Shown here in pieces: positions 36,992 to 47,594 of a DNA stretch of 64,000 nt. Made by a program: the position numbers and the translations under genes. The first letter of the stretch is position 1, and every line of letters begins with the position of its first letter. The stretch is from an uncultured delta proteobacterium. Its GTDB lineage: Bacteria > Myxococcota_A > Polyangia > Polyangiales > Polyangiaceae. The notes beneath the pieces were generated by a model. That model did no database searches and was not told the origin of the DNA. It saw only the letters and a list, made by a program, of their open reading frames with translations. The DNA lies in the NCBI GenBank assembly GCA_963782055.1, contig CAWAIF010000003.1, positions 4,896,001-4,960,000 on the forward strand, read 5' to 3'.

Positions 36992-38016
36992 GCGACAAGA
37001 CCGAGGAGCCCACCCCGAAGAGACTCCGCAAGGCTCGCGAGGAGGGCGACAGCGGGCAGAGCGCCTTCGCGGCGCAGGCGCTGTCCTTCCTCGTGGCGGT
37101 GGTGCTCGTGCCCTCGGCGGCGCTGGCGCTCTTCTCCCGGACACGCGAGCTCTTGCTCTCTTCCATCGCTCGGGCCGCGGACGCAACTCCGGGCGCCCCC
37201 GACCCGACGGGCGTCGCATGGACCGTCGTGGCCATCGTGACACCGCTCCTGCTCGCGGCGGGGCTCACCGCCGGGGCCGCGCAGCTCGTGCAGACCGGCG
37301 GGTTCGTCGCGACCAAGAAGCTGACGCCCAAGCTGGATCACCTCAACCCGATCAGCGGCTTCAAGAACCTCTTCTCGACGGCGCGCCTCTTCGCAGTGCT
37401 GCGCGCATTCTTGGGCGGCGGTGCGGTGGCGTACCTGGCCTACCGCGGCCTGCGCGAGCACGCCGCGGACATCGCGCGGCTCTCCGGCCGGCTGGGCTAC
37501 GTGGGACGCGTGTCCGGAGAGGTGGCCTACCGCATGTGCCGTGACGCCGCCCTGCTCGGCCTCGCCATCGGCGCCGCGGACCTGGTCGTCGTGCGCCGCG
37601 GCTGGATGAAGCGCCTGCGCATGAGCAAGGACGAGGTGAAGCGCGAGTACAAGGAGAGCGAGGGCGACCCGCAGACCAAGGCGGCGCGGGAGCGCGCGCG
37701 CCACGAGATGCTCTCCGCCGCCGCCGTCCGCAACGTGAAGAACGCAACTGTCGTCGTCGTCAACCCGACGCACATCGCGTGCGCGCTGCGCTACGACGAG
37801 GAAGAGGGCGACGAGGCGCCGGTGGTGCTCGCCGTCGGCGAGGGCGATCTCGCGCGGCAGATCGTGCAGGCCGCGCACGCGTACGGCGTGCCCGTCCTGC
37901 AGGACGTCCCGCTGGCCCGCGCGCTGGTGGAGCTGCAGCCCGGCGATCAGATCCCGGAGGAGCTCTACGAGGCGGTCGCCGAGATCCTGCGGGAGGCCTG
38001 GAGCGCGCCGGGGTGA
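36988..38016 (+). CDS. SctU/YscU/FlhB-family export apparatus switch protein
   Basis: KTEEPTPKRLRKAREEG, MSKDEVKREYKESEGDP, NPTH autocleavage motif, and IPEELYEAVAEIL. Confidence 0.93.
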   Translation: MSDKTEEPTPKRLRKAREEGDSGQSAFAAQALSFLVAVVLVPSAALALFSRTRELLLSSIARAADATPGAPDPTGVAWTVVAIVTPLLLAAGLTAGAAQLVQTGGFVATKKLTPKLDHLNPISGFKNLFSTARLFAVLRAFLGGGAVAYLAYRGLREHAADIARLSGRLGYVGRVSGEVAYRMCRDAALLGLAIGAADLVVVRRGWMKRLRMSKDEVKREYKESEGDPQTKAARERARHEMLSAAAVRNVKNATVVVVNPTHIACALRYDEEEGDEAPVVLAVGEGDLARQIVQAAHAYGVPVLQDVPLARALVELQPGDQIPEELYEAVAEILREAWSAPG

Positions 38017-38017
38017 C

Positions 38018-39076
38018 TCATCCCTTCCCCATCGGCGAAGGGAACTGCGAGAAGCTCGGCGTGCGCGGGTACGAGACCAGCATGGAGCTGATGCGCGCCG
38101 CGCCCTCGGCGTGGCCGACGCGCGCGTAGAGCTTGGCGAGGAAGGCGAGACACGCGGCCTGCGCCTTCTTGTCGTCGCCGTCACGCGCGCGGGCGAGGGC
38201 GTCCATCCCCTCCACCAGCGCCTCGTCCGGGCGGCCGGCGGTCGCCAGCGCGAAGGCGAGGGCGAGGGAGGACTGGCAGCGCACCGTCGGCGGCTCGTCC
38301 GCCGCGAGCATCTGGCTCTGTCGCAGCGCGCGCACCGCGTCACCGATCTGCCCGCGCGAGAGGCGCGCGATGGCGCGCATGCGGTCCGCCAGCGCGTCGT
38401 GTTCTCCCGTCGCGCGGAGCCCCTCGCTCAGCCGCGCCAGCGACTGCGCGTTGCCGGAGAGCAGCGCCTGGCGCGTGAGCTCCACCATCCGCTCGGCGAA
38501 GCGCTCCGGCTCCTCGCCCGGGGGGACCGACCCGGGCGCCGGCTCCGGCGCCTGCTCGCTCGGCGGCGGGGTCTCGCTCACCGCGCCCCACGGCGACTGG
38601 ACGTCCAGCCGCACGCCCTCCACCTCGCGCCCGGTGTCCATCCCGCGGCGCATGCCCGCGCCGCGCAGCTCCCCGCGCGCGAGCGCGGTCACGCTGGCGT
38701 CGACCAGGACCTCGCCGGGCTCGGCGATCCGCGCCAGCGCCACCAATCGCACCAGCGGCTCGCCCCACGCCAGGCCCGCGCGCTGGCCGGCGGGCGCCAG
38801 CGGCTCCATCGGCCCCTCGGCGATGCCGCACGTCCACGCGCCCTCGGCGGGCACGGCGTCCTCGCGCAGGCTGACCGCAAGGGTGACGGCCTCCTCCACG
38901 GAGTCCAGGTCCCACGCGAAGGCGACCGTCGTCGCGCCCCACCCCACCAGCTGCGCCCCGAGCGCCTCCGCGCGACGAGTCAGCGCCCGGGCCTCGTCGA
39001 GGTAACGCCGCGCGCCGCGCACCGCGACGCCCCAGCTGGGCATCCTGCAGCACACGACGACCTGACGCGGCAACAA
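38018..39076 (-). CDS. Degenerate class III cyclase-like domain plus TPR-like protein
   Basis: CGIAEGP..WGEPLVRL..IAEPGEVLV resembles the cyclase GI..G..WGxxVN.A.R..A.PGEIL pattern. Helical Ala-rich C-terminus. Start uncertain. Confidence 0.55.
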   Translation of the reverse strand: MLPRQVVVCCRMPSWGVAVRGARRYLDEARALTRRAEALGAQLVGWGATTVAFAWDLDSVEEAVTLAVSLREDAVPAEGAWTCGIAEGPMEPLAPAGQRAGLAWGEPLVRLVALARIAEPGEVLVDASVTALARGELRGAGMRRGMDTGREVEGVRLDVQSPWGAVSETPPPSEQAPEPAPGSVPPGEEPERFAERMVELTRQALLSGNAQSLARLSEGLRATGEHDALADRMRAIARLSRGQIGDAVRALRQSQMLAADEPPTVRCQSSLALAFALATAGRPDEALVEGMDALARARDGDDKKAQAACLAFLAKLYARVGHAEGAARISSMLVSYPRTPSFSQFPSPMGKG

Positions 39077-39092
39077 TCCTTCCCTTCCGGGC

Positions 39093-39800
39093 CTAGACGC
39101 GGATGCGCTTCTTCAGCGCCGCGAGGTCCTCGTCCACCTGGTTTTCCCCCTTCGGCCCGGACTTGCCGCCCATGCCCGCCTCCAGATCGCGGAACTTGGC
39201 TTCCAGGTCTCGCTTCTCGGTGGTGCCGAGGGCGTCCTCGACCTCCGCCATCGCCGAGTTCTCCGCCTCGCGGCCCTCGATCTTCTCCTCCAGCTCGCGG
39301 AAGCTGTCGAAGGCGCTGGAGCCGCCCTTCGCGCCGAGGCCCTCCGCGCCACCGCCGCCCTTCGCCTGCTGCGCGCGCGCGGCGATGGTGTTCTTGCGCA
39401 TCTTGATGTCCTCGAGCTTCGTCTCCATGCGGTCGAGCTCTTCCTTCATCGTGAGCGCCTGGTTGCGCGCCTCCATGCGGGCCTTGTCGGTGGCCCCGAC
39501 CTCCGTCATGACGCGGCGCTTCTGCTTGAGCGCCTCCCGCGCGAGGGCCTCGTCCCCGCTCTTGAGGGCGAGCTCCGCGCGCTTGTCCCAGCGCTCGACG
39601 TCGGCGTTCATGTCGTCGACCTTCTTGCGGAGCTGCTTCTCGGCGGCGACGGCGGCGATCACCTCCTGCCGGGCCTGCTTGAGCTGCGAGCCCATCTCGT
39701 CCACGTTGAGCTCGAGCAGCTTCTTGTCGTCCTCTGCCTTGTCCAGCAGGGAGTTCAGGTTGCTGCTGATGACCTTGCCCATGCGGTCGAAGATTCCCAT
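39093..39800 (-). CDS. pspA: PspA/IM30 family protein
   Basis: MGIFDRM..SNLNSLLDKAED, AELAL..GDEALAREAL, and a long coiled coil. Confidence 0.93.
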   Translation of the reverse strand: MGIFDRMGKVISSNLNSLLDKAEDDKKLLELNVDEMGSQLKQARQEVIAAVAAEKQLRKKVDDMNADVERWDKRAELALKSGDEALAREALKQKRRVMTEVGATDKARMEARNQALTMKEELDRMETKLEDIKMRKNTIAARAQQAKGGGGAEGLGAKGGSSAFDSFRELEEKIEGREAENSAMAEVEDALGTTEKRDLEAKFRDLEAGMGGKSGPKGENQVDEDLAALKKRIRV

Positions 39801-39836
39801 CGCGGTCTCCTTACTCGAACGATACCCACGTTGGCC

Positions 39837-41774
<1,938 letters not shown>

Positions 41775-41780
41775 GAGAGG

Positions 41781-41957
41781 CTAGCGGCGGCCCTTGAAGC
41801 CCATCATGCCCTGCACGACCGACTCGCTCGCCTCGGCGATCTCCTCCGCCTCCCGCATGCGGTCGGCGCAGTCCTCGCACATCTTCTTCGGCTTCCCTCC
41901 GACCTTCACCGTGACCAGCGCGTCGACCTCGTCGTCACACTCTTTGCAGGTGGGCAT
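41781..41957 (-). CDS. 58-aa CxxC..CxxC small protein (absent from the ORF track)
   Basis: Translates as MPTCKECDDEVDALVTVKVGGKPKKMCEDCADRMREAEEIAEASESVVQGMMGFKGRR* with host-like codons. Confidence 0.8.
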   Translation of the reverse strand: MPTCKECDDEVDALVTVKVGGKPKKMCEDCADRMREAEEIAEASESVVQGMMGFKGRR

Positions 41958-41968
41958 CGGGGATCAGC

Positions 41969-42124
41969 TTACCATTTCACCTTCACCGGCGGGCTGGCCA
42001 GGGCGAACGTGCCGCCCCCGAGCTGGCCGTCCGAGTCCTCGCCCCAGCACCAGAGCGACTTGGCGGTGAGCGCGCAGGCGTGCGCGAGTCCCGCGGCGAT
42101 GGCGCGCGCCGACGCGGCGCGTCG
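41969..42124 (-). pseudogene. Headless C-terminal RCC1-repeat remnant
   Basis: Reads RAIAAGLAHACALTAKSLWCWGEDSDGQLGGGTFALASPPVKVKW*. No upstream start of its own; in frame with the upstream TGA. Confidence 0.8.
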
Positions 42125-42448
42125 TCAGTGCCCGCCCGCCAGCCGTACCAGCGTGCCGAGCACGTGATCGAAGCGCCCGCGCACCTCCGGCTCCAGCTCC
42201 TTCACGTACCCGAGCGCCACGCCCACCTCGAAGCAGGCCTGCACCTCCCGCAGCGATCCCAGCGCCGTGTGATACCGCGCCGCCCTGTTCCGCCCCCGCG
42301 AGTACATCCCCTCCGCCACGTTCAGCGGCGCGCTCGCCAGCGCCCGCCGGCACTGCCGCGCGAGATCCGCGTCACGCCGCTCGAGCTCACGCACCATGGG
42401 CGCCAGCACCCGAACCAGCTCCAGAAGGACAGGGTAGATCTTCAGCAT
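42125..42448 (-). CDS. Four-helix bundle protein (23S rRNA intervening-sequence protein family)
   Basis: DLARQCRRALASAPLNVAEG and TALGSLREV..ALGY motifs. GGAG precedes ATG 42448. Confidence 0.9.
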   Translation of the reverse strand: MLKIYPVLLELVRVLAPMVRELERRDADLARQCRRALASAPLNVAEGMYSRGRNRAARYHTALGSLREVQACFEVGVALGYVKELEPEVRGRFDHVLGTLVRLAGGH

Positions 42449-42513
42449 CGTGCAGCTCCGCGTTCGCGCCCGCGCACCGCGCGCGGGGCAACCGCCCCGA
42501 CCCGCCGCGCGCA

Positions 42514-42632
42514 GGAGCTGTCGAGGCTGCGCGCGAAGCGCGCACCGCGCGCAGCCGCCCGGAGCCGCGCGCAGGGCGCAAAGCGCCCGAGTACGGCGAG
42601 GACGGCGAGCACGGCCCGGCCTCGACAGCTCC
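42514..42632. repeat. Nested-stem palindromic element (REP/MITE-like or structured RNA)
   Basis: Perfect 14-bp IR ggagctgtcgaggc/gcctcgacagctcc enclosing the hairpins tgcgcgc-gaa-gcgcgca and gggcgc-aaa-gcgccc. Confidence 0.75.
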
Positions 42633-42676
42633 GAGCACGGCGGGAGAATCGACCTCCCCGAGCGAGCCCTCCCCTC

Positions 42677-42835
42677 CCCTCTCACGCTCGCTCCCTCCCT
42701 CTCGCGCTCGCTCCCCCTCTCCCTCTCGCGCTCGCTCCCCCTCTCCCTCTCGCGCTCGCTCTCGCTGAGGCGCGGGCGCGAGGCGCGGGCGCGAGGCGCG
42801 GGCGCGGGCGCGAGGCGCGAGGCGCGAGGCGCGAG
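42677..42835. repeat. Bipartite tandem repeats: pyrimidine-rich 24-mer, then purine-rich 13-mer and 7-mer
   Basis: ccctctcgcgctcgctccccctct at 42697, 42721 and (partial) 42745; gaggcgcgggcgc x3 from 42767; then gaggcgc units. Confidence 0.9.
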
Positions 42836-42850
42836 CGGAGACCTGCGCGC

Positions 42851-44266
42851 CTACGATCGGTTCAGGATGTGAATCGCGTGCCCCAGCGCGTTCATGTGCG
42901 CCTCCATCATCCCCTCCCCCAGCGTCGGGTGCGGGTGGATGGTCATGCCCACGTCCTCCAGGAAGGCGTGCATCTCCAGGGCCAGGGCGCCCTCGCTGAT
43001 GAGATCGCTCGCGGAGGTGCCGACGATGTGGATGCCCAGCACCTCGTGCGTCTTGGCGTCGGAGACCACCTTGAAGAAGCCCTCCGTCTCGTTGTTCGCC
43101 ATGGCGCGGCCGAGGGCGGCGTACGGGAACTTGCCGACGCGCACCTCGATGCCCTTCTCCTTCGCCTGCGCCTCGGAGAGGCCGGCGATGGCGATCTCCG
43201 GGTCGGTGAAGATGGCGGCGGGGATGGACACCCAGTCCTTCGCCGCCTTGTGGCCGGCGATGACCTCGGCGATGACCTCGCCCTCCTTCGTCGCCTTGTG
43301 GGCGAGCATGGGCATGCCGCTCACGTCGCCGATGGCGTAGATGCCGGGCACCGCGGTGCGACCCATCGGGTCGGTCGGCACGAAGCCGCGCTCCACCTTC
43401 ACGCCGAGCGCCTCCAGGCCGAGGCCGGCGCCGTTGGGGCGCATGCCGACCGCGACGAGCACCACGTCGCACACCGCCGTGTCGAACTTGCCGTCGCCCA
43501 GGTCGAGGCGCACCGCGAGCGAGCCGTCGCTGTTGCGCTCGTAGCCCATGGCCTTGGCGCCCTTGAAGATCTTGGCGCCGTGCTTGACCAGCTTCTTCTC
43601 CACCACCGCGGTGAGGTCCGGGTCGACGCCGGGGAGCAGGCCCGGCGTGGCCTCGACCACCGTGAGCTCCGCGCCCAGCTTCTGGTAGACGCTGCCCAGC
43701 TCCAGGCCGATGACGCCGCCGCCGATGACGAGCAGCCGCTTCGGCACCTCGCGGATGCTCACCGCCTCGCGCGCCCCGATGATCTGCTTGCCGTCGAACT
43801 TGAAGCTCGGCAGCTCGATGGTGGAGGAGCCCGTCGCGATGACGATGGCCTTGGTGGCGTCGATGATCTCGGTGCCACCCTCGCGCGCCTTGACCTCGAC
43901 CTGGTTGGCCTTGGTCATGCGGGCCTCGCCGTAGAGCAGCTCGACGCCATTGCCGCGGAAGAGGCCGCGGATGCCGCCGGTGAGCTTCTTGACGATGCCC
44001 TCCTTCCAGTCCTGCATCTTGTTGGAGTCGACGCGGACGTTGTCGGCCAGCAGCCCCATCGTGGCGCCGTCCTTCACCTTCTCGTAGGTGTGGCTCGCCG
44101 CGATGAGGGCCTTGCTCGGCACGCACCCCCAGTTGAGGCACACGCCGCCGACCTCCTCCTTCTCCACGCAGAGGACCTTCTGCTTGAGCTGCCCGAGGCG
44201 AATCGCGCAGCCGTAGCCGCCAGGTCCGCCGCCGATCACCACCACGTCGTAGGTCTTGTTCGCCAT
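42851..44266 (-). CDS. lpdA: Dihydrolipoyl dehydrogenase (E3)
   Basis: GGGPGGY, GGVCLNWGCVPSK, GGGVIGLE and HPHPTLGE motifs. Confidence 0.97.
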   Translation of the reverse strand: MANKTYDVVVIGGGPGGYGCAIRLGQLKQKVLCVEKEEVGGVCLNWGCVPSKALIAASHTYEKVKDGATMGLLADNVRVDSNKMQDWKEGIVKKLTGGIRGLFRGNGVELLYGEARMTKANQVEVKAREGGTEIIDATKAIVIATGSSTIELPSFKFDGKQIIGAREAVSIREVPKRLLVIGGGVIGLELGSVYQKLGAELTVVEATPGLLPGVDPDLTAVVEKKLVKHGAKIFKGAKAMGYERNSDGSLAVRLDLGDGKFDTAVCDVVLVAVGMRPNGAGLGLEALGVKVERGFVPTDPMGRTAVPGIYAIGDVSGMPMLAHKATKEGEVIAEVIAGHKAAKDWVSIPAAIFTDPEIAIAGLSEAQAKEKGIEVRVGKFPYAALGRAMANNETEGFFKVVSDAKTHEVLGIHIVGTSASDLISEGALALEMHAFLEDVGMTIHPHPTLGEGMMEAHMNALGHAIHILNRS

Positions 44267-44296
44267 GCGTATCTCCAGAGCCGCCGTCCGGGCGAC

Positions 44297-45421
44297 TCAG
44301 TGTTTAGGGGCGGGCGCCAGCTTTTCCAGCTCCGCCCGCTGCTCGGCCAGATGCCAGGGCATCTCGGCGTAGACGTCCTCGAACATGGATCCGCGCGGGG
44401 GCGGCGGCAGCTCTTCCACCGCCTTCACCGCCTCGCCGATCTCCCGGGTGAGCTCCTCCTCCAGCGCGGCGTCCTGCGCGTCGTCCACCATCCCCTGCCC
44501 CACCAGGTACTTGCGGAGGCGGTCCAGCGGGTCCTTCTTCTTCCACGCCTCCACCTCCGCGTCGCTGCGGTAGCGCGACGGGTCGTCGCTCGTGGAGTGC
44601 GCGCCGATGCGGTAGGTGAGCGCCTCGATGAAGGTGGGGCCGCCGCCCTCGCGCGCGCGCTCCACCGCCTCGGAGAGCACCTTGTGGACGGCGAGCACGT
44701 CGTTGCCGTCCACGCGCACGCCGGGCATGCCGTACGCGCGCGCCTTGATGGCGATGGTGCGCGACGCGGTCTGCCGCGAGGTGGGCACGCTGATGGACCA
44801 GTGGTTGTTCTGGCAGAGGATGACCGCGGGCGCCTTGAAGACGGCGGCGAAGTTCATCGCGGAGTGGAAGTCGGGCTGGCTGGTGGCGCCGTCGCCGCAG
44901 AAGCCGATCGCCACGCTCTTCTTCTTGCGCATCTTCATGGCCCACGCGCAGCCGACGGCCTGGGGGATCTGCGGGCCGATGTTGGAGGACCACGAGACCT
45001 GGTTGACGCTGCGCCCGGAGTGGTGGCTCGGCATCTGCCGGCCCTTGTTGACGTCCCCCGAGTTGCCGAACACCTGCGCGATGAACTGCGTCAGCGGGAA
45101 GCCGCGCACCAGCATGACGCTCTGCTCGCGCAGCGCGGGGAAGACCCAGTCGTCCTTCTGGAGCACCAGGCCCGTCGTGATGGGGACCGCCTCCTGGCCC
45201 GTGGCCGCGCCGTAGAAGCCGACGCGGCCCTGCCGCTGCAGCACGATCATCCGGGCGTCGATGAGACGCAGGCGGCGCATCTCGCGGTAGGCGCGCAGCA
45301 GCGTCTCGCGCGGGAGCACAGGGTCGGTCGCCGGATCGGCGGTGCCGTCGTCCCGCAGGACGCGCAGCAGCGCGACGTCGGGATCGGTGTCGGCGATCGG
45401 GGGCTCGGGGGGGGGCGCCAT
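44297..45421 (-). CDS. 2-oxoacid (pyruvate or branched-chain) dehydrogenase E1 alpha
   Basis: LQRQGR, GQEA, TPP motif GDGATS..NN, and YRIGAHSTSDDPSRYR. Confidence 0.93.
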   Translation of the reverse strand: MAPPPEPPIADTDPDVALLRVLRDDGTADPATDPVLPRETLLRAYREMRRLRLIDARMIVLQRQGRVGFYGAATGQEAVPITTGLVLQKDDWVFPALREQSVMLVRGFPLTQFIAQVFGNSGDVNKGRQMPSHHSGRSVNQVSWSSNIGPQIPQAVGCAWAMKMRKKKSVAIGFCGDGATSQPDFHSAMNFAAVFKAPAVILCQNNHWSISVPTSRQTASRTIAIKARAYGMPGVRVDGNDVLAVHKVLSEAVERAREGGGPTFIEALTYRIGAHSTSDDPSRYRSDAEVEAWKKKDPLDRLRKYLVGQGMVDDAQDAALEEELTREIGEAVKAVEELPPPPRGSMFEDVYAEMPWHLAEQRAELEKLAPAPKH

Positions 45422-45476
45422 CGTGCCGGCGCACTCTAGATCGGCGTCCACCCCAGGTGAACGCCGATCTGGAGGG

Positions 45477-46379
45477 TCACTTGCCGCAGAGACCCAGCCA
45501 GGTGGGCAGCGTGCCGCCCTGCCAGTTGATGCTCTTGCACGTCTCCTGCGAGGGGCAGCCGCCCTTGCCGGCGCCGTTCTGCTGGATGCCGGCGTCGTAG
45601 GGACCACCGCCGGAGTAGCAGGTCCACTGGCAGTTGTCGGCGCCGCCGTCGAGCGCGCCGACGCACATCATCCCGTCCTTGCAGTCGTTCGCGGAGCCGC
45701 AGGCCTGGCCCTCGTCCTTGCCCGGGGGCTGGAAGATGTTGACGCACTTGGCGGTGCCCGCGCTGTCCTGCACCAGGCAGGTGTAGTCGCTGGGGCAACC
45801 CTTGATGCCGAAGGGCTTGCACGAGGCCGAGTACGTGCAGACCGCGTACATGGGGTTGTTGTTGCTGTCGACGACGTTGATGTCGCAGGCGCCGGAGTAG
45901 CCCTCCGGTACGCTGTTGCCGCAGGGGGTGTCGTCGCCGTAGCAGCAGCGCGCGCCACAGCGGCCGGAGACGCACTCCAGGCCCTTCACGCACGGGTTGT
46001 TCTGCGAGGGGGTGCACGCGCCGCCCTTGGGGATGGAGCCGGTGCTCGCCGGACCGCACACGGTGACGAAGGTCCCCGCATCGTCCTGCGCGACCAGGCA
46101 CTCCTTGCCGCCGGTGCAGTCCTGCTTGACGATGTCGCACTCGCCCTTGATGTTCGTCGTGGTGCACGGGCCGCTGGAGCCGTCGGTGCCACCGCCGTCG
46201 TTGCCGCCGCCGCTGTCGTTGCCGCCGCCGCCGTCGGTCTTGCCGGTGTCGGTGGTGGCATCGCCGTTGCCGGCGTCGTCGCCGGGGAAGCCGGTGGTCT
46301 TGGGCGAACAAGCCACCCCGAGCACGCCCGCGCCAAAGAGCCCCGCACCCGCCAGAAGCAAGAAGAACCTGTGCCGCAT
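45477..46379 (-). CDS. Cys-rich lipoprotein
   Basis: Lipobox GVAC, DAG/DGG linker, repeated G..C....C..G..C. Confidence 0.85.
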   Translation of the reverse strand: MRHRFFLLLAGAGLFGAGVLGVACSPKTTGFPGDDAGNGDATTDTGKTDGGGGNDSGGGNDGGGTDGSSGPCTTTNIKGECDIVKQDCTGGKECLVAQDDAGTFVTVCGPASTGSIPKGGACTPSQNNPCVKGLECVSGRCGARCCYGDDTPCGNSVPEGYSGACDINVVDSNNNPMYAVCTYSASCKPFGIKGCPSDYTCLVQDSAGTAKCVNIFQPPGKDEGQACGSANDCKDGMMCVGALDGGADNCQWTCYSGGGPYDAGIQQNGAGKGGCPSQETCKSINWQGGTLPTWLGLCGK

Positions 46380-46460
46380 GCCCGAAGCATACACCACGGC
46401 TGAGGAGTCAACCACGGCGAAGCATGGGCGCGCGGACGCCCGACCGACCGCTCTTGCGGG

Positions 46461-46754
46461 CTACTTGCTGGCGTCCACCGCCTCGGCCGCGGCGGCCTCG
46501 TCCATGATCTGGACGATGGGCGCGTTGTGACGCTGCCCGATGGCTCGCGCGATGCCCACCGGCCCCGCGTCCAGCGTCCCCGCCGACCTGGAGCGCTCGC
46601 GGACGGGCTCACTGCAGCCGTCATCGTCCCCGCTGCAGGCGATGGCGCTCAGCGCGAGGCTGAGGGCCACCACCGCCGCAGCGCCCGACCGGCGCGGGCG
46701 TGCGAAGGGGATGCGAGGGCGGACGGAGGACGACGCAGATCGGTCAAGAGTCAT
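46461..46754 (-). CDS. Small hypothetical lipoprotein
   Basis: AAAVVALSLALSAIAC signal and lipobox. Confidence 0.55.
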   Translation of the reverse strand: MTLDRSASSSVRPRIPFARPRRSGAAAVVALSLALSAIACSGDDDGCSEPVRERSRSAGTLDAGPVGIARAIGQRHNAPIVQIMDEAAAAEAVDASK

Positions 46755-46773
46755 GGGAGCCCATTAAACGGCA

Positions 46774-46803
46774 GCGGGCGAGACCTGCAAGGGTCTCGCC
46801 CGC
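46774..46803. terminator. Hairpin, probable terminator of the gene at 46836-47594
   Basis: 12-bp stem gcgggcgagacc/ggtctcgcccgc just downstream of the stop. The U-tract on the minus strand is weak. Confidence 0.55.
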
Positions 46804-46835
46804 AAAACCGTGGCCTTCGTGAGGCCGTGGGGCGA

Positions 46836-47594
46836 TCAGCCGCCGCTGGAGCAGAAGAGCGGGGCGACCGACTTGAAGAGGCCCTCGAAGCCGAGGCCCT
46901 GGTCGTCCAGGCAGTTCGCCCAGGTCTGACCCTCGGGGTCGCACACGGCGTCCTCGTAGGTCTTGCAGCCGCCGGCGGCCGCCGCCTGCGCGCACTGCTC
47001 GTAGAGCTGGAAGGACGGCTGGTCGGTGACCGGGCAGACCGCGTCACAGGCCGCGCCCTCGCAGTCGGAGGCTGCCTGGTACTTGTACGCGCAGTCACCC
47101 GTCGTCGGAGGGTTGCCACCCGTCACCAGGGCGATGCAGCCCTCGATGTTCACGCTGACGAGGCCCGTCTTGGACACCAGGGCGCTCCAGGTCGCGTCCG
47201 TCTGCTTGCTGTTCAGACAGTTGCTGCAGGTCTGGTTGGCCGCGGTCTTGAGCCAGTTGTTGCAGGTCGTCGTCGTCGCGGCCGTGTCGAGGCAGTTGGT
47301 GTAGAAGTCGTCGATCTGCGTCGACGAGCACACGTCCTGCGGAGCCTTCGCGCCCTTGGCGTCGCTCGGGGCGAAGCCGGACACGTCCTCCGGGGTCGGG
47401 CAGCCGCCGGTGTTGCCGCTGTCGTTGTTGTTCCCGCCGGAGTCCTTGGTGCTGCCGCCATCCTTCTTGGTGACGCCGCTGTCGCTCCCGGCGTCGCCGC
47501 CGTTGTTGTTGTTGTTGTTGCTGGAGCAGCCGTACGCCATCGCCGCAACGAGAGCCGAGACCGAGACCACCGCAATGCTCTTGACCAACTGCAT
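46836..47594 (-). CDS. Cys-rich lipoprotein with a poly-Asn/DAG linker
   Basis: GAGGAGG RBS, AYGCSSNNNNNNGGDAG, many Cys. Confidence 0.85.
   Translation of the reverse strand: MQLVKSIAVVSVSALVAAMAYGCSSNNNNNNGGDAGSDSGVTKKDGGSTKDSGGNNNDSGNTGGCPTPEDVSGFAPSDAKGAKAPQDVCSSTQIDDFYTNCLDTAATTTTCNNWLKTAANQTCSNCLNSKQTDATWSALVSKTGLVSVNIEGCIALVTGGNPPTTGDCAYKYQAASDCEGAACDAVCPVTDQPSFQLYEQCAQAAAAGGCKTYEDAVCDPEGQTWANCLDDQGLGFEGLFKSVAPLFCSSGG

Noticed and set aside
41969..42448. Diversity-generating retroelement (avd followed by a template repeat)
   Set aside because: There is no reverse transcriptase in the window. The RCC1 remnant is not AAC-rich and resembles the RCC1 gene at 14068-15183 only at protein level, not as a near-identical copy with adenine-specific mismatches.
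47501..47520. (GTT)n tract as a phase-variation switch
   Set aside because: It is a trinucleotide repeat encoding poly-Asn in a linker, so length changes keep the frame.
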